From Nitrospirota bacterium (GTDB taxonomy: Bacteria; Nitrospirota; UBA9217): a stretch of DNA of 64,000 nucleotides. Location of the stretch: contig CAWJQQ010000009.1 of NCBI GenBank assembly GCA_963845065.1, forward strand, positions 1,056,001 to 1,120,000, written 5' to 3'. Each line of letters begins with the position of its first letter. Within the stretch, counting starts at the first letter, position 1. Shown here piece by piece: positions 10,189-21,150 of this stretch. A program made the translations under genes and the position numbers. The notes below the pieces were generated by a model. That model was not told where the DNA came from. It did no database searches and was given only the letters and a program-made list of their open reading frames with translations.

Positions 10189-11058
10189 TCAAAAAACGCC
10201 GGCGCAGAAATCACCGAACCTTCCGAGATTATCACATATATGAATGCCTGCTTCCTTCATGACTGCAATCTTTGACTGGGCCGTGCCGCTTTTGCCATTG
10301 ACTATCGCCCCGGCATGCCCCATGCGTCTGCCCGGGGGAGCGCTTAATCCCGCGACAAACCCGACAACAGGTTTGCTCACTTTTTCCCGGATATAGGCAG
10401 CGGCATCTTCCTCTGCACTGCCTCCTATCTCGCCCACAAGGACGACACCCTTCGTCTCCGGATCCTCTTCAAAGGCCCTGAGACAATCGATAAAGTTCGT
10501 TCCGTTCACCGGATCGCCTCCGATGCCGAGGCAGGTAGTCTGGCCGATTCCCTTCGTGGTCAGCTGATGCACCACCTCATAGGTTAGTGTGCCTGAGCGC
10601 GACACAACGCCGATCGGCCCGCCTGGCTTGTGGATGAAGCCGGGCATGATGCCGATCTTGCACTGGCTGGGCGTTATAATCCCGGGGCAGTTCGGCCCGA
10701 TCAACCTGACCTTTTTCCCGGACAGATAATTCTTGATACGCATCATGTCGAGCACTGGAATGCCCTCGGTAATGGCTACAATAAGATCAACATCCCCGTC
10801 GATCGCTTCCATGATCGCACTCGCGGCAAAGGCAGGAGGCACAAAGATCATGCTGCAGTTAGCCCCGGTTTCATGTACTGCTTCCCGGACAGTATTAAAA
10901 ACCGGCACATCATCCATGGTCTGTCCGCCCTTCCCGGGGGTCACGCCAGCCACTACCTGTGTACCGTATTCGATGCACTGCCGGGTGTGGAACATGCCTT
11001 CTCTCCCGGTAATCCCCTGGACAAGCAGCTTTGTTTTTTTATCTGCAAATATTGCCAT
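10189..11058 (-). CDS. sucD: Succinyl-CoA synthetase alpha subunit
   Basis: [42 protein letters not shown] (phospho-His). Confidence 0.97.
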   Translation of the reverse strand: MAIFADKKTKLLVQGITGREGMFHTRQCIEYGTQVVAGVTPGKGGQTMDDVPVFNTVREAVHETGANCSMIFVPPAFAASAIMEAIDGDVDLIVAITEGIPVLDMMRIKNYLSGKKVRLIGPNCPGIITPSQCKIGIMPGFIHKPGGPIGVVSRSGTLTYEVVHQLTTKGIGQTTCLGIGGDPVNGTNFIDCLRAFEEDPETKGVVLVGEIGGSAEEDAAAYIREKVSKPVVGFVAGLSAPPGRRMGHAGAIVNGKSGTAQSKIAVMKEAGIHICDNLGRFGDFCAGVF

Positions 11059-11091
11059 GATTATTTATCTTGCCTCCCTAAAGACTCTCAT

Positions 11092-12255
11092 TCAATTACG
11101 GACGATCTCTGCGATCTTTTCTGCCGCATCGTTCAGGTTTTCTGCTGTAATTAGATTTAGGCCTGATGCAGCGAGGATCTCTCTGCCCTTTTCGACATTG
11201 GTCCCCTGCATCCGGATCACGACCGGCACCTTTATTCCAGTCTTCCTGGCAGCCTTGACAACTCCTTCGGCCAGAACATCGCACCGGAGAATCCCGCCGA
11301 AAATATTGATCAGAATCCCTTTCACATTGCTGTCGCTCAAAATGATCCGGAAACCGTTCTCGACCATTTCCGCATTCGCACCGCCGCCCACGTCCAAAAA
11401 GTTCGCCGGCTTCGCACCGGCACTCTTGATGAGATCCATGGTGGCCATGGCCAATCCCGCGCCATTGACCATATTGCCGACATTTCCATCGAGGTTGATG
11501 TAATTAAGGTTGTATTTGGATGCCTCCAGTTCAAGGGGATTCTCTTCATCAGTATCCCTGAATTTCATAATATCCTTCTGCCGGAACAGAGCGTTGTCAT
11601 CGATTTCCATCTTTGCATCCAGCGCAACCAGGGTTTCGCGGGCGGTAATCACGAGCGGATTGATCTCGAGCAACGAACAGTCGGCCTCGATAAAAAGTCC
11701 GTACAGGTTTTCAACCAGCTTGGTGAATTTTTCGGCAAGCGAATCGGTAAGATTGAGACCGGACGCGATTTCCCTGCAATGACCGGGCTCGATTCCGGTG
11801 AGAGGATTAATCAACACCCTAGTGATCTTTTCAGGGTGTTGGGCCGCGACTTCCTCGATATTCATTCCCCCGGCCCGGCTGGCAATGATCATGATCTTTG
11901 CGGTGGACCGGTCCGGAAGGATCGAAAAATAGAGCTCCTGGGCAATATCAAGCCCCTGCTCCACCAGGACTTTTCCGACCTTCTTTCCCTGCGGTCCTGT
12001 CTGGGGCGTCACCAGCGGCCTGCCCATTATGGCCTCTGCCGCGCTCCGCGCCTCATCAAGGGTCCAGGCAAGTTTAACACCGCCGCCCTTGCCGCGGCCG
12101 CCCGCATGAATTTGCGCCTTGATTACAACAGGGAACTTGCCAAGCTTTTCAGCCGCTGCACGGGCGTCATCAGGGCTTGTTGCAATATATCCCTCAGGTA
12201 CGGGAATATGATGATTCCGAAATAATTCCTTGGCCTGATATTCATGTATTTTCAT
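11092..12255 (-). CDS. sucC: Succinyl-CoA synthetase beta subunit
   Basis: MKIHEYQAKEL, KAQIHAGGRGKGGGVK, VNGAGLAMATMD, ANFLDVGGGA, NIFGGILRCD. Confidence 0.97.
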   Translation of the reverse strand: MKIHEYQAKELFRNHHIPVPEGYIATSPDDARAAAEKLGKFPVVIKAQIHAGGRGKGGGVKLAWTLDEARSAAEAIMGRPLVTPQTGPQGKKVGKVLVEQGLDIAQELYFSILPDRSTAKIMIIASRAGGMNIEEVAAQHPEKITRVLINPLTGIEPGHCREIASGLNLTDSLAEKFTKLVENLYGLFIEADCSLLEINPLVITARETLVALDAKMEIDDNALFRQKDIMKFRDTDEENPLELEASKYNLNYINLDGNVGNMVNGAGLAMATMDLIKSAGAKPANFLDVGGGANAEMVENGFRIILSDSNVKGILINIFGGILRCDVLAEGVVKAARKTGIKVPVVIRMQGTNVEKGREILAASGLNLITAENLNDAAEKIAEIVRN

Positions 12256-12375
12256 GGAACCACCTTCTTCACCGGAAATTCCGGTGACCTGAAAACAAGA
12301 ATTGTCGCTAAATTCTAACAGAATAAATCATACGTCGGCAATACATCTATCGGTGCTCCAGATTTTCGGATGCAC

Positions 12376-13218
12376 TTAGTTAATCTGTCGTGCAAGGCCG
12401 CTCAGTACCGTTCCCGGGCCGACCTCGATAAACATGTCAGCGCCCTGATCACGCAGGCCCTTGATCGTCTCATCCCACCTCACACTGCTGTAGATCTGCT
12501 TGACCAGATTCGATCCAATAGAATCATCCGTGTACGGCTGGGCACTGCAGTTGGCAATACAGGGAATCTTCAAACTGTTAAAGCTGAATCCTGCCAGGAA
12601 GGCCTCAAACTCTTCCGCTGCCGGCTTCATATAACGACTATGAAAAGCGCCGCTGACAGGGAGAATGACCACCCGCCGGGCTCCCTTTTCCTTCATCCGT
12701 GGAGCAAATGCTTCGATATCTGCCTTGGGACCGGAAATGACTATCTGGCCCGGAGAATTGAAATTGGCCACATCAATACTACCGGCACCGAGCTCGGCCA
12801 GGGCCGAGGCAACGGCATCACCCGTCATGCCCAATATGGCTGCCATGCCGCCGCCGGTGGTTGCGTTCATCAGTGCGCCGCGCTTCCGGACCAGCTTAAG
12901 GCCGACGGTAAAATCGAAGGCGCCCGCGGCATACAGGGCGGCATATTCGCCCAGGCTGTGGCCGATCACAAAATCCGGCCTGATCTTCTCGGCCTCGACC
13001 TTATCCAAATAGCTCAGGCTGTCGACGACGTACAGCGCAGGCTGGGTGTAGTCGGTACGCTTGAGCTTATCGTCAGGATTCACAAGGCAGAGTTCCTTGA
13101 TCGAGTAGCCGAGGACTGCATCCGCCTCAACGACCAGGTCAGGATATCGTTCAAAGAGTTCAGCACCCATACCGAGGGATTGGGAACCCTGTCCAGGGAA
13201 CATAAATACCATTGCCAT
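12376..13218 (-). CDS. ACP S-malonyltransferase (FabD-like; resembles stand-alone trans-AT acyltransferases)
   Basis: FPGQGSQ, TQPALYVV, GHSLGEY, VSGAFHS, FIEVGPG; start set at ATG 13218 after a GGAGG RBS. Confidence 0.88.
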   Translation of the reverse strand: MAMVFMFPGQGSQSLGMGAELFERYPDLVVEADAVLGYSIKELCLVNPDDKLKRTDYTQPALYVVDSLSYLDKVEAEKIRPDFVIGHSLGEYAALYAAGAFDFTVGLKLVRKRGALMNATTGGGMAAILGMTGDAVASALAELGAGSIDVANFNSPGQIVISGPKADIEAFAPRMKEKGARRVVILPVSGAFHSRYMKPAAEEFEAFLAGFSFNSLKIPCIANCSAQPYTDDSIGSNLVKQIYSSVRWDETIKGLRDQGADMFIEVGPGTVLSGLARQIN

Positions 13219-13547
13219 GAAATACCTCCGGATGCAGTAGAATATAAAGAGCAATTATCATTCCAGAATCCGTGATAAGATGAATAAATCGTATTGAGTT
13301 GAAATAATATATCCTCCTAACGGAAGCTGATTGCAAAGTCTGGAATAGCCCACGCAAATTATATCATAATTGCAAATTTTTGCAGGCATGTTCTTGCTCT
13401 CTACACTCATACTGAACATGGTGATACTGTTTCTATATTATCAGGCGGGGTCGATCAGAAGGACAAAATCCCCAGAGGATCAGCGAGTTGGGTTCGAGAC
13501 AACCATACACCCGTGTTATAGTTTGCGCATCCCCACCCACCCAAATA

Positions 13548-13563
13548 TGGCACTTGTTATGCA
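13548..13563 (+). promoter_or_regulatory. Putative sigma54 (-24/-12) promoter for acnA-prpE
   Basis: TGGCAC-TTGTT-ATGCA with exact GG-N10-GC spacing, about 125 bp upstream of acnA. Confidence 0.6.
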
Positions 13564-13689
13564 TCCCGAGATATAGTACAATTCGAACGGATCCAAATTG
13601 TTGCAATCAGCATGACCTGACGTGATTGCTAACAACCCAACCGCTGCCTCGTGAAGCGGACAACTGATCATTCCGGTTGAGGAGCTTAC

Positions 13690-16392
13690 GTGACCAGCGA
13701 CCCCTTTAATTCTCTAAAAGATTTCGATCCCGGTACGGGCAAAAAAGGGAAGTTCCATTCCCTTCCCGCCCTCGAAGAGGCGGGGATCGGCATGATTTCG
13801 CATTTGCCGGTTTCGATCAGGATCGTGCTCGAATCGGTGCTGCGAAATTATGACGGCAAGAAGATAACGGAAGACCACGTAAAACAGCTGGCCGCCTGGT
13901 CTCCCCAAGCACGCCGCGTTGAGGAAATTCCCTTTGTTGTTGCACGCATCCTGCTCCAGGATTTTACCGGCGTGCCCCTCCTGTGCGATCTGGCGGCAAT
14001 GCGCGGCGCGGCGCGCAGGATGGGCAAAAATCCGCGCATCATTGAACCGCTTGTCCCGGTCGATCTGGTCGTGGATCACTCTGTGCAGATCGACTCCTAC
14101 GGAAACCGTGATGCCCTTCAACAAAATATGGAAATGGAATTCAAGCGCAACCGGGAACGGTACGAGTTCCTGAAGTGGGGAATGAACACATTCCATACCT
14201 TTAAAGTTATCCCGCCAGGCATAGGCATCGTTCACCAGGTTAATCTCGAATACCTGGCGCGTGGTGTGCATATCAAGAATGATGTTTACTTTCCCGATAC
14301 GCTTGTTGGCACTGACAGCCATACGACAATGATCAATGGTATCGGCTCGGTCGGCTGGGGTGTGGGAGGGATAGAGGCGGAAGCGGGTATGCTGGGCCAA
14401 CCGCTCTACTTCCTTACGCCTGATGTGGTGGGGGTAAACCTGACGGGAAAGCTTCGGGAAGGCGTAACCGCTACCGATCTCGTGCTGACAATCACCGAAT
14501 TGCTGCGAAAAAATAAGGTCGTTGGCGCTTTTGTCGAGTTCTTCGGATCAGGTACTGAATCACTCAGCGTGCCTGACCGGGCCACAATAGCGAATATGTC
14601 GCCGGAATACGGCGCAACGATGGGCTTCTTCCCGATCGATGATGTGACCATTGAGTATTTCCGCACTAGCGGACGGACTCTTAATGATGTCGACGCATGC
14701 AGGTCATACTACACCGCCCAGGGAATGTACGGTATTCCCAAAGCTGGCGAAATAGATTACTCGCGAACGATTGCATTTGATCTCTATTCAGTCAAGCCTT
14801 CCGTTGCCGGACCAAAACGTCCGCAGGACAGGATTGGACTTCCTGCATTAAAAAGCACGATGACCCAATTATTTGTCAAACCGGCAGCGGAGAGCGGATT
14901 TGCCAAGAAAGCGGAGGATATTTCCGGGCGCTTCAAAATAAAAGATGGAGACGACATCGGCAATGGAGATGTGATTATTGCGGCCATTACCTCCTGCACG
15001 AATACCTCTAATCCGTCGGTGCTGCTTGCTGCGGGCCTACTTGCGAAAAAAGCGCTGGAGAGGGGACTTCGGGTCAATAAAAAAATTAAAACGTCCCTTG
15101 CACCCGGTTCGCGCGTCGTGACCGAATATCTGGATAAGGTCGGCCTCCTTTCTTCCCTAGAGCAACTCGGCTTCTATACAGCAGCCTACGGTTGTACGAC
15201 CTGCATCGGTAACTCAGGCCCCCTAGATGAGGGAATCGAGAAGGTCATTGTGCAGAACGACCTCATCTGCGCTGCGGTTCTTTCAGGCAACCGTAACTTC
15301 GAGGCAAGGATCCATCCGAACCTGCGTGCGAACTTCTTGATGAGCCCGCCCCTCGTAGTAGCGTTTGCCATTGCCGGCACCGTGCTCTGGGATCCGGATA
15401 ATGATCCTGTTGGCATTGGAAAGGACGGGAGCAACGTTTACCTTAAAGACATCTGGCCTAGCAACGCAGAAGTGGCTTCAGTGATGAAGTACGCTGCTGA
15501 CCCCGGCACATTCCAGCGGCTCTATGCAAATCCGACCAAAGACCACGCTTTATGGAACAGTGTATCAATGGTTTCGGACGAAGTCTACCCGTGGCCGAAA
15601 TCCACCTACATTGCTGAGCCGCCTTTTTTCATGGATTTCACCATGCAACGGGGCTCTGTCAACGACATTCTCGGAGCCCGGACGCTCGGCATATTCGGCG
15701 ACTCGCTGACGACTGATCATATCAGTCCTGCAGGATCTATCAAAGAAGCCTCACCCGCAGGAAGCTATCTGCTGCGTAACGGCGTTGCCAAGACTGATTT
15801 CCAGAGTTACGGGACCCGTCGCGGTAATCATGACGTTATGATTCGAGGCACCTTTGCTAACGTACGTATCAAGAACCTAATGCTGCCACCGAAGGAAGAT
15901 GGCACTCGTGTGGAAGGCGGCATAACGCTGTTTCAACCTACCGGAGAGAGGATGACGATTTATGATGCCGCAATGAAATATGTGGCTCAAGGCACGCCGA
16001 CTGTTGTTTTCGGTGGAGAGGAATACGGAACCGGATCATCTCGTGATTGGGCGGCCAAAGGGACCAGACTTTTGGGAGTGCGGGCTGTTATCGCGCGTAG
16101 CTTCGAGCATATCCACCGCTCCAACCTCGTGGGAATGGGTGTTTTGCCGCTTCAGTTCCAAGGCAACGATTCCGTTCAATCGCTGCAACTCATTGGAGAT
16201 GAGGAATTCGATATTGTCGGATTGAATAATCTTATGCCTCAACAGGAAATTAGCCTTATCATCAAAAGCGGGCGGGGCGCTCACCGTGAAATCAAGCTGC
16301 TGTCGCGGATTGACACTCCGATCGAAGTTGACTATTATCAAAACGGAGGGATTTTGCAGTATGTACTCCGCAAGCTTATGGATGAATCATAG
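13690..16392 (+). CDS. acnA: Aconitate hydratase A
   Basis: 900 aa; [72 protein letters not shown]. Confidence 0.96.
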   Translation: MTSDPFNSLKDFDPGTGKKGKFHSLPALEEAGIGMISHLPVSIRIVLESVLRNYDGKKITEDHVKQLAAWSPQARRVEEIPFVVARILLQDFTGVPLLCDLAAMRGAARRMGKNPRIIEPLVPVDLVVDHSVQIDSYGNRDALQQNMEMEFKRNRERYEFLKWGMNTFHTFKVIPPGIGIVHQVNLEYLARGVHIKNDVYFPDTLVGTDSHTTMINGIGSVGWGVGGIEAEAGMLGQPLYFLTPDVVGVNLTGKLREGVTATDLVLTITELLRKNKVVGAFVEFFGSGTESLSVPDRATIANMSPEYGATMGFFPIDDVTIEYFRTSGRTLNDVDACRSYYTAQGMYGIPKAGEIDYSRTIAFDLYSVKPSVAGPKRPQDRIGLPALKSTMTQLFVKPAAESGFAKKAEDISGRFKIKDGDDIGNGDVIIAAITSCTNTSNPSVLLAAGLLAKKALERGLRVNKKIKTSLAPGSRVVTEYLDKVGLLSSLEQLGFYTAAYGCTTCIGNSGPLDEGIEKVIVQNDLICAAVLSGNRNFEARIHPNLRANFLMSPPLVVAFAIAGTVLWDPDNDPVGIGKDGSNVYLKDIWPSNAEVASVMKYAADPGTFQRLYANPTKDHALWNSVSMVSDEVYPWPKSTYIAEPPFFMDFTMQRGSVNDILGARTLGIFGDSLTTDHISPAGSIKEASPAGSYLLRNGVAKTDFQSYGTRRGNHDVMIRGTFANVRIKNLMLPPKEDGTRVEGGITLFQPTGERMTIYDAAMKYVAQGTPTVVFGGEEYGTGSSRDWAAKGTRLLGVRAVIARSFEHIHRSNLVGMGVLPLQFQGNDSVQSLQLIGDEEFDIVGLNNLMPQQEISLIIKSGRGAHREIKLLSRIDTPIEVDYYQNGGILQYVLRKLMDES

Positions 16393-16946
16393 TTCGAATT
16401 GACAGAGAAACGGCAAACTGATCATCAGAGTGTGCGTTCATACCAGTTTTATTGATAGGAGAGTAGCAAAAACGAGCACATTAAAACAAATGTGAGGAGG
16501 CTAATATGGGAAAGGATGAGGATCTCTGTCAGAAAGACATTAATACCTTAGAGGAGTTCCGGACTGAGGCGGCAGGAGCCATCACATGGAGTGAGAAGTG
16601 GGACAAGGACCTTGATGACTCGGACAATCCATTCTTCCGCAGGTTCAGGCAATATGTTCTTCGAGAACTGATGGATGGGCCATAACGCGAATTGATAGAG
16701 AAGCAGCAAGCTGACCATCAGAGTTTGCAATCTTATCGTTTTTTTTTGGGCATCACAGTAGCAAAAATATGCACATTCAAACAATGTGAGGAGGTAAGTT
16801 AATTATGGGAAAGTATCAAGAGCTTTTTCAGAAAAGCATTAAGGACCCGGAAGGGTTCTGGGGTGAGGCTGCGGAAGCGATTACATGGACCAAGAAGTGG
16901 GACAAAGTCCTAGATGATTCGAATAAACCGTTCTATCGATGGTTTA
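16357..16946 (+). repeat. Diverged tandem duplication, unit about 293-299 bp (acnA 3' end, spacer, prpE 5' end)
   Basis: CGAATTGACAGAGAAACGGCAAACTGATCATCAGAG (16395) vs CGAATTGATAGAGAAGCAGCAAGCTGACCATCAGAG (16688); both units contain ATGTGAGGAGG...ATGGGAAAG. Confidence 0.9.
16506..16685 (+). CDS. 59-aa chimeric ORF: PrpE-like N-terminus fused to an AcnA-like C-terminus
   Basis: Manual translation MGKDEDLCQKDINTLEEFRTEAAGAITWSEKWDKDLDDSDNPFFRRFRQYVLRELMDGP, with a GAGGAGG RBS. Below the ORF-track cutoff; could be a pseudogene. Confidence 0.6.
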   Translation: MGKDEDLCQKDINTLEEFRTEAAGAITWSEKWDKDLDDSDNPFFRRFRQYVLRELMDGP

Positions 16947-18724
16947 CTGGCGGAGAAATGAACACCTGCTTCAACGCACTCGACCGGCACGTGAAATCCG
17001 GCAGAGGTGAACAGGTGGCGCTGATCTACGATAGCCCGGTGACCAACACGATCCGGAAGTACACCTATACGGAGTTGCTCGATCAGGTTTCCCGGTTTGC
17101 AGGTGCCTTGAAGAAACTGGGCGTCCAGAAGGGGACGACGGCCATTATTTACATGCCAATGATCCCACAGGCAGTGATCGCAATGCTGGCATGCGCACGA
17201 CTCGGGGCCGTTCATTCTGTTGTGTTCGGAGGATTTGCTCCCCATGAGCTCGCCATCAGGATAGACGACGCAAAACCGAAGATCATAATCACGGCGTCGG
17301 GAGCCATCGAAGGAAAGAAGACACTGGAATATAAGCCCATGCTTGATAAAGCCACAGAACTGGCCAAACATAAACCTGAAAAAAACATTATATTTCAGCG
17401 GGAGTTCGTGAAGGCCTCTATGAATCCGGGACACGACTTGGATTGGGACGAACTCATGGCAAAGGCGCAGCCCGCAGAGTGCACTTCGGTAAAGGCAACT
17501 GATCCGCTCTATATCCTCTACACTTCTGGGACCACGGGAAAACCGAAGGGAGTGGTCCGAGACAACGGCGGTCATGCAGTAGCGCTCCGGTGGAGCATGA
17601 AATATATTTACAACGTCGAACCCGGCGACGTTTATTGGGCCGCATCTGACGTTGGGTGGGTTGTAGGCCACTCATATATCGTTTATGCTCCGCTCCTCCA
17701 CGGCTGTACCACGATCATTTATGAAGGAAAACCGGTCGGCACCCCCGATGCCGGGGCGTTCTGGCGGGTCATTTCCCAGCATAAGGTCAAAGTGCTGTTC
17801 ACCGCGCCTACTGCGTTCCGGGCCGTTAAAAAAGAAGATCCTAACGGAGAATTCATCAAAAAGTACGACCTCTCCGGCTTCAAGTGCCTGTTCCTCGCGG
17901 GTGAGCGGCTCGATCCCGACACCTACCACTGGGCGCACGATCTTCTGCAAAAACCGGTTATCGACCATTGGTGGCAGACTGAAACGGGCTGGCCAATAAC
18001 CGCGAACAGCATAGGCATCGAGGTACATCCGACCAAACCAGGATCTTCCACGAAGCCGGTGCCGGGGTTCAATGTCACGATACTGGATACTAATGGCAAG
18101 CAGGTCGGTCCGAAAGTTACGGGGCTTGTTACCATTAAGCTGCCGCTCCCTCCGGGCACGCTTACTACGCTCTGGAATGAGGACCAGCAATTCCTCGAAT
18201 CGTACCTCAAAATATACCCCGGCTACTACTTTACGAGCGATGGCGGATACATAGATGAAGATGGCTACGTTTTCATCATGGGACGGGTGGACGACGTGAT
18301 CAATGTTGCGGGCCACCGGCTCTCCACTGGAGAGATGGAAGAGGTAGTATCCACTCACAAAGACATTGCTGAATGCGCGGTCATCGGCGTGTATGATAAT
18401 CTCAAGGGACAGCTTCCCGTGGGGTTATGCGTCCTGAAAGCCGGCGTGAACACAAGTGAAGAGATGATCAAAAAAGATATGGCAAAGATGATCCGAGACT
18501 CCATCGGGCCTATTGCCGGATACAAGGAAACGTGTGTCGTAAAACGGCTGCCGAAGACGCGTTCCGGCAAGATTCTGCGGGGCACTATGCGGAAGATCGC
18601 TGACGGAGAGAAGTATACCATACCGTCGACTATTGACGATCCGGCGACACTGAACGAAATCGAAGATGCGCTGAAAAAAGTGGGCTACGCTCATAAGGAG
18701 GATAGTGACGTTCTGCCTTTGTAA
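16805..18724 (+). CDS. prpE: Propionyl-CoA synthetase (acetate/propionate-CoA ligase)
   Basis: YILYTSGTTGKPKGVVRDNGGHAVAL, DHWWQTETGW, GRVDDVINVAGHRL, LPKTRSGKILR. Confidence 0.9.
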   Translation: MGKYQELFQKSIKDPEGFWGEAAEAITWTKKWDKVLDDSNKPFYRWFTGGEMNTCFNALDRHVKSGRGEQVALIYDSPVTNTIRKYTYTELLDQVSRFAGALKKLGVQKGTTAIIYMPMIPQAVIAMLACARLGAVHSVVFGGFAPHELAIRIDDAKPKIIITASGAIEGKKTLEYKPMLDKATELAKHKPEKNIIFQREFVKASMNPGHDLDWDELMAKAQPAECTSVKATDPLYILYTSGTTGKPKGVVRDNGGHAVALRWSMKYIYNVEPGDVYWAASDVGWVVGHSYIVYAPLLHGCTTIIYEGKPVGTPDAGAFWRVISQHKVKVLFTAPTAFRAVKKEDPNGEFIKKYDLSGFKCLFLAGERLDPDTYHWAHDLLQKPVIDHWWQTETGWPITANSIGIEVHPTKPGSSTKPVPGFNVTILDTNGKQVGPKVTGLVTIKLPLPPGTLTTLWNEDQQFLESYLKIYPGYYFTSDGGYIDEDGYVFIMGRVDDVINVAGHRLSTGEMEEVVSTHKDIAECAVIGVYDNLKGQLPVGLCVLKAGVNTSEEMIKKDMAKMIRDSIGPIAGYKETCVVKRLPKTRSGKILRGTMRKIADGEKYTIPSTIDDPATLNEIEDALKKVGYAHKEDSDVLPL

Positions 18725-18968
18725 AGCAGAAGACGCGGGTGAACAAAACCTCTCGTATCGCGTGATGCCTCGAATAAACAGATTCACCACAGAGTCACCG
18801 GAAGTGAAGGGGTCGTCGTTAATTGAGATCACTTTCCGTGTCTGTCGTCGGCGCTCTTTCTCCGACTACACAGACGTGCAGTTCGCCTGATAGGGGATTT
18901 TAATATGGCCCTTTGATCCTCTCTCTCCTCTGTGATCTTAGCGGCATTCGCCTGGTTTGATTCGGGAC

Positions 18969-18994
18969 TGCGGCCTTCGGGCCGCATTTTTTTT
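18969..18994 (+). terminator. Rho-independent terminator
   Basis: TGCGGCC-TTCG-GGCCGCA followed by T8. Confidence 0.8.
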
Positions 18995-19006
18995 AAAGAA
19001 TATAAT

Positions 19007-19280
19007 ATGAAAACAAGAATTCGATTTGGTGATTTTGAGCTGACCCGGCTGAATGGCGGCAAGTTCGAGCTGGACGGCGAAGCCATGTCCTGCGTTGTGC
19101 ACAGCAATCTAGTAAAAGAAATTTCTGACGACTGATGAGGGCTCTATCAATCTAAGCACTTGGCCTATCTTGCTAAAAAACGCCGAGCATCTTTGCACCG
19201 TTGAGTAAGGCAAGGGAACAAACTTGCGGACAAGCAAAAAAAATATTTTCCATGGCCACAAGGAATGGTCTGCCTTCTAG
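19007..19280 (+). pseudogene. 5' remnant of a YtnP-like MBL-fold metallo-hydrolase
   Basis: MKTRIRFGDFELTRLNGGKFELDGEAM, then after a frameshift ...LSTWPILLK...GNKLADKQKKI. Resembles the LDGGAMFGVVP family N-terminus; end approximate. Confidence 0.55.
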
Positions 19281-19579
19281 GGACCCTAACAAACTATAAC
19301 ATTAACATTTAAAAATATACTCAACTCCTCACTTTCCGCGTTGTTGTACTACAATGATAGAAAACCATGTTCCTGCGACAGCATATCATAATATCTTTGC
19401 CAAGAAAAATTGTCTGCGCTTGACTTCTAGCCTGCCTCTGTATAGATACTTTGTTCTTAGATTTGCGCAGAAATAATCTAATAGTTGACAAATATGGTAT
19501 TATTACAACTATGGAGTGAATTTGGCAGGCACTCCGAAACACGTACGTACAGACACCATCGATAGATGCGGTTAATTTA

Positions 19580-21082
19580 ATGCAGATGAAAATTATCCTT
19601 ATTGCGTCAATTATGAGTGCGGCAGTGATAAGCTGTGCTGTAGGACCCAATTTCAGACCGCCAGAGGCCCCAAATACCCGTTCATATACTGCGGAGCCGC
19701 TACCCGAAGAAACAACGGCATCAACCGGGACAGGAGGCGCATCTCAGCGTCTGATCTCGGGACAGGATATCCCCGGCCAGTGGTGGAAGTTATTTCATTC
19801 TGCAGAGTTGGAGCAAGTGATACGCCAAGCGTTAGCGGACAATCCGACTCTCGCTGTTGCAGAGGCGACTCTTCGCCAATCGCAAGAAAATCTGAACGCT
19901 CTTGTCGGATCCGCTCTTTACCCTGCAGTGAACGCTAGTGGCACGGCTTCAAAGGAGAAGATTTCCGGCGCCGAATTCGGAGAGCCCACAGTTAGCTTCC
20001 CCCCTTTTACGCTCTATAATGCATCAGTGAGTGTTTCCTATTCTCTCGATCTTTTCGGTGGAGCGCGGCGCGAACTTGAGGCCTTGCGCTCACAAGTCGA
20101 TTATCAACGCTTCCAGCTCGAGGCGGCCTATCTGACGATCACATCGAACATCGTAACGACGGCAGTAAGAGAGGCCCTGTTGCGGGCTCAGTTGTCGGCA
20201 ACTCAGGAGATCATAGCCGCTGAGGGCAGACAGCTCGAGATAGTCGAGCAGCAGTTCCAGCTGGGTGGCGCAGCGCGAACAGACGTGCTGGCGCAGCAGA
20301 CCCAGCTCGCGCAAACGCGAACAACCTTACCACCATTGCAAATGGAACTTGCCCAAACGCGCCACCTATTGGCGGTGCTTGTGGGTCGGTTGCCTAGTGA
20401 AGCAGTGAACCTTCCTCAGTTTACTCTAGACGGACTGCAACTGCCCATAGAACTGCCTGTAAGCCTGCCTTCCTCGCTGGTGCGGCAGCGCCCGGATATC
20501 CGCGCTTCAGAGGCTCTTCTACACGCAGCGAATGCTGAGGTTGGCGTGGCCACTGCAAATCTATATCCGCAGCTAACGTTGACCGGCAGTTATGGTACGG
20601 AGGCAACTACAGGGGGAACTCTTTTCAGAAGCGGTACGGCTGTCTGGAGCCTGGGCGGAGGGCTGTTACTACCGCTGTTTCACGGCGGAGCACTGAATGC
20701 ACAGCGGCGTGCTGCTGTTGCGGTGTTTGATCAAGCAGCAGCCCAATATCGTCAGACCATATTGCAGGCCTTCCAGAACGTGGCTGATGTGCTGCGCGCG
20801 CTTGAAGCCGACGCTAATGAACTCAAGGCGCAGGCTGACGCGGACGCTTCCGCTCGCGATTTATTAGAACTCACGCAGAAACAGTTTCAGCTAGGTGCAG
20901 TGAGTTATCTGTCGCTGCTCAATGCCGAGCGAGAGTACCAGCAGACAAAAATCGGTTTGGTGCAGGCACAGGCTTCCCGGTTCTCCGATACAGCGGCACT
21001 ATTCCAGGCTCTCGGTGGCGGCTGGTGGAATAGGATTGAATTGACGAAGGATAGTTCAGCAGGATTATCTAGGAAGGAATGA
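19580..21082 (+). CDS. RND efflux outer-membrane lipoprotein (NodT/OprM family)
   Basis: Lipobox ISC-AVGPNF, PSSLVRQRPDIRASE, ALGGGWW C-terminus. Confidence 0.93.
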   Translation: MQMKIILIASIMSAAVISCAVGPNFRPPEAPNTRSYTAEPLPEETTASTGTGGASQRLISGQDIPGQWWKLFHSAELEQVIRQALADNPTLAVAEATLRQSQENLNALVGSALYPAVNASGTASKEKISGAEFGEPTVSFPPFTLYNASVSVSYSLDLFGGARRELEALRSQVDYQRFQLEAAYLTITSNIVTTAVREALLRAQLSATQEIIAAEGRQLEIVEQQFQLGGAARTDVLAQQTQLAQTRTTLPPLQMELAQTRHLLAVLVGRLPSEAVNLPQFTLDGLQLPIELPVSLPSSLVRQRPDIRASEALLHAANAEVGVATANLYPQLTLTGSYGTEATTGGTLFRSGTAVWSLGGGLLLPLFHGGALNAQRRAAVAVFDQAAAQYRQTILQAFQNVADVLRALEADANELKAQADADASARDLLELTQKQFQLGAVSYLSLLNAEREYQQTKIGLVQAQASRFSDTAALFQALGGGWWNRIELTKDSSAGLSRKE

Positions 21083-21150
21083 TAGCCGTTAATTGCAACA
21101 TCTCTGAGATTGGCTGCATTTGGTTGAATGTATAAAAGGAGAAGCGCCTC

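Noticed and set aside
12269..12287. TCACCGGAA-A-TTCCGGTGA palindrome upstream of sucC
   Set aside because: Single short instance with no supporting motif elsewhere
10733..13275. Long plus-strand ORFs (256 aa and 301 aa)
   Set aside because: Antisense shadows of sucD/sucC and the acyltransferase, with no recognisable motifs
13480..13520. GGGTTCGAG resembling a tRNA T-loop
   Set aside because: No cloverleaf or acceptor stem can be formed
18780..18960. Structured spacer after prpE (GTCTGT/ACAGAC stem, CACAGAG/CTCTGTG words)
   Set aside because: Cannot be assigned to an RNA family by eye; needs an Rfam or covariation search
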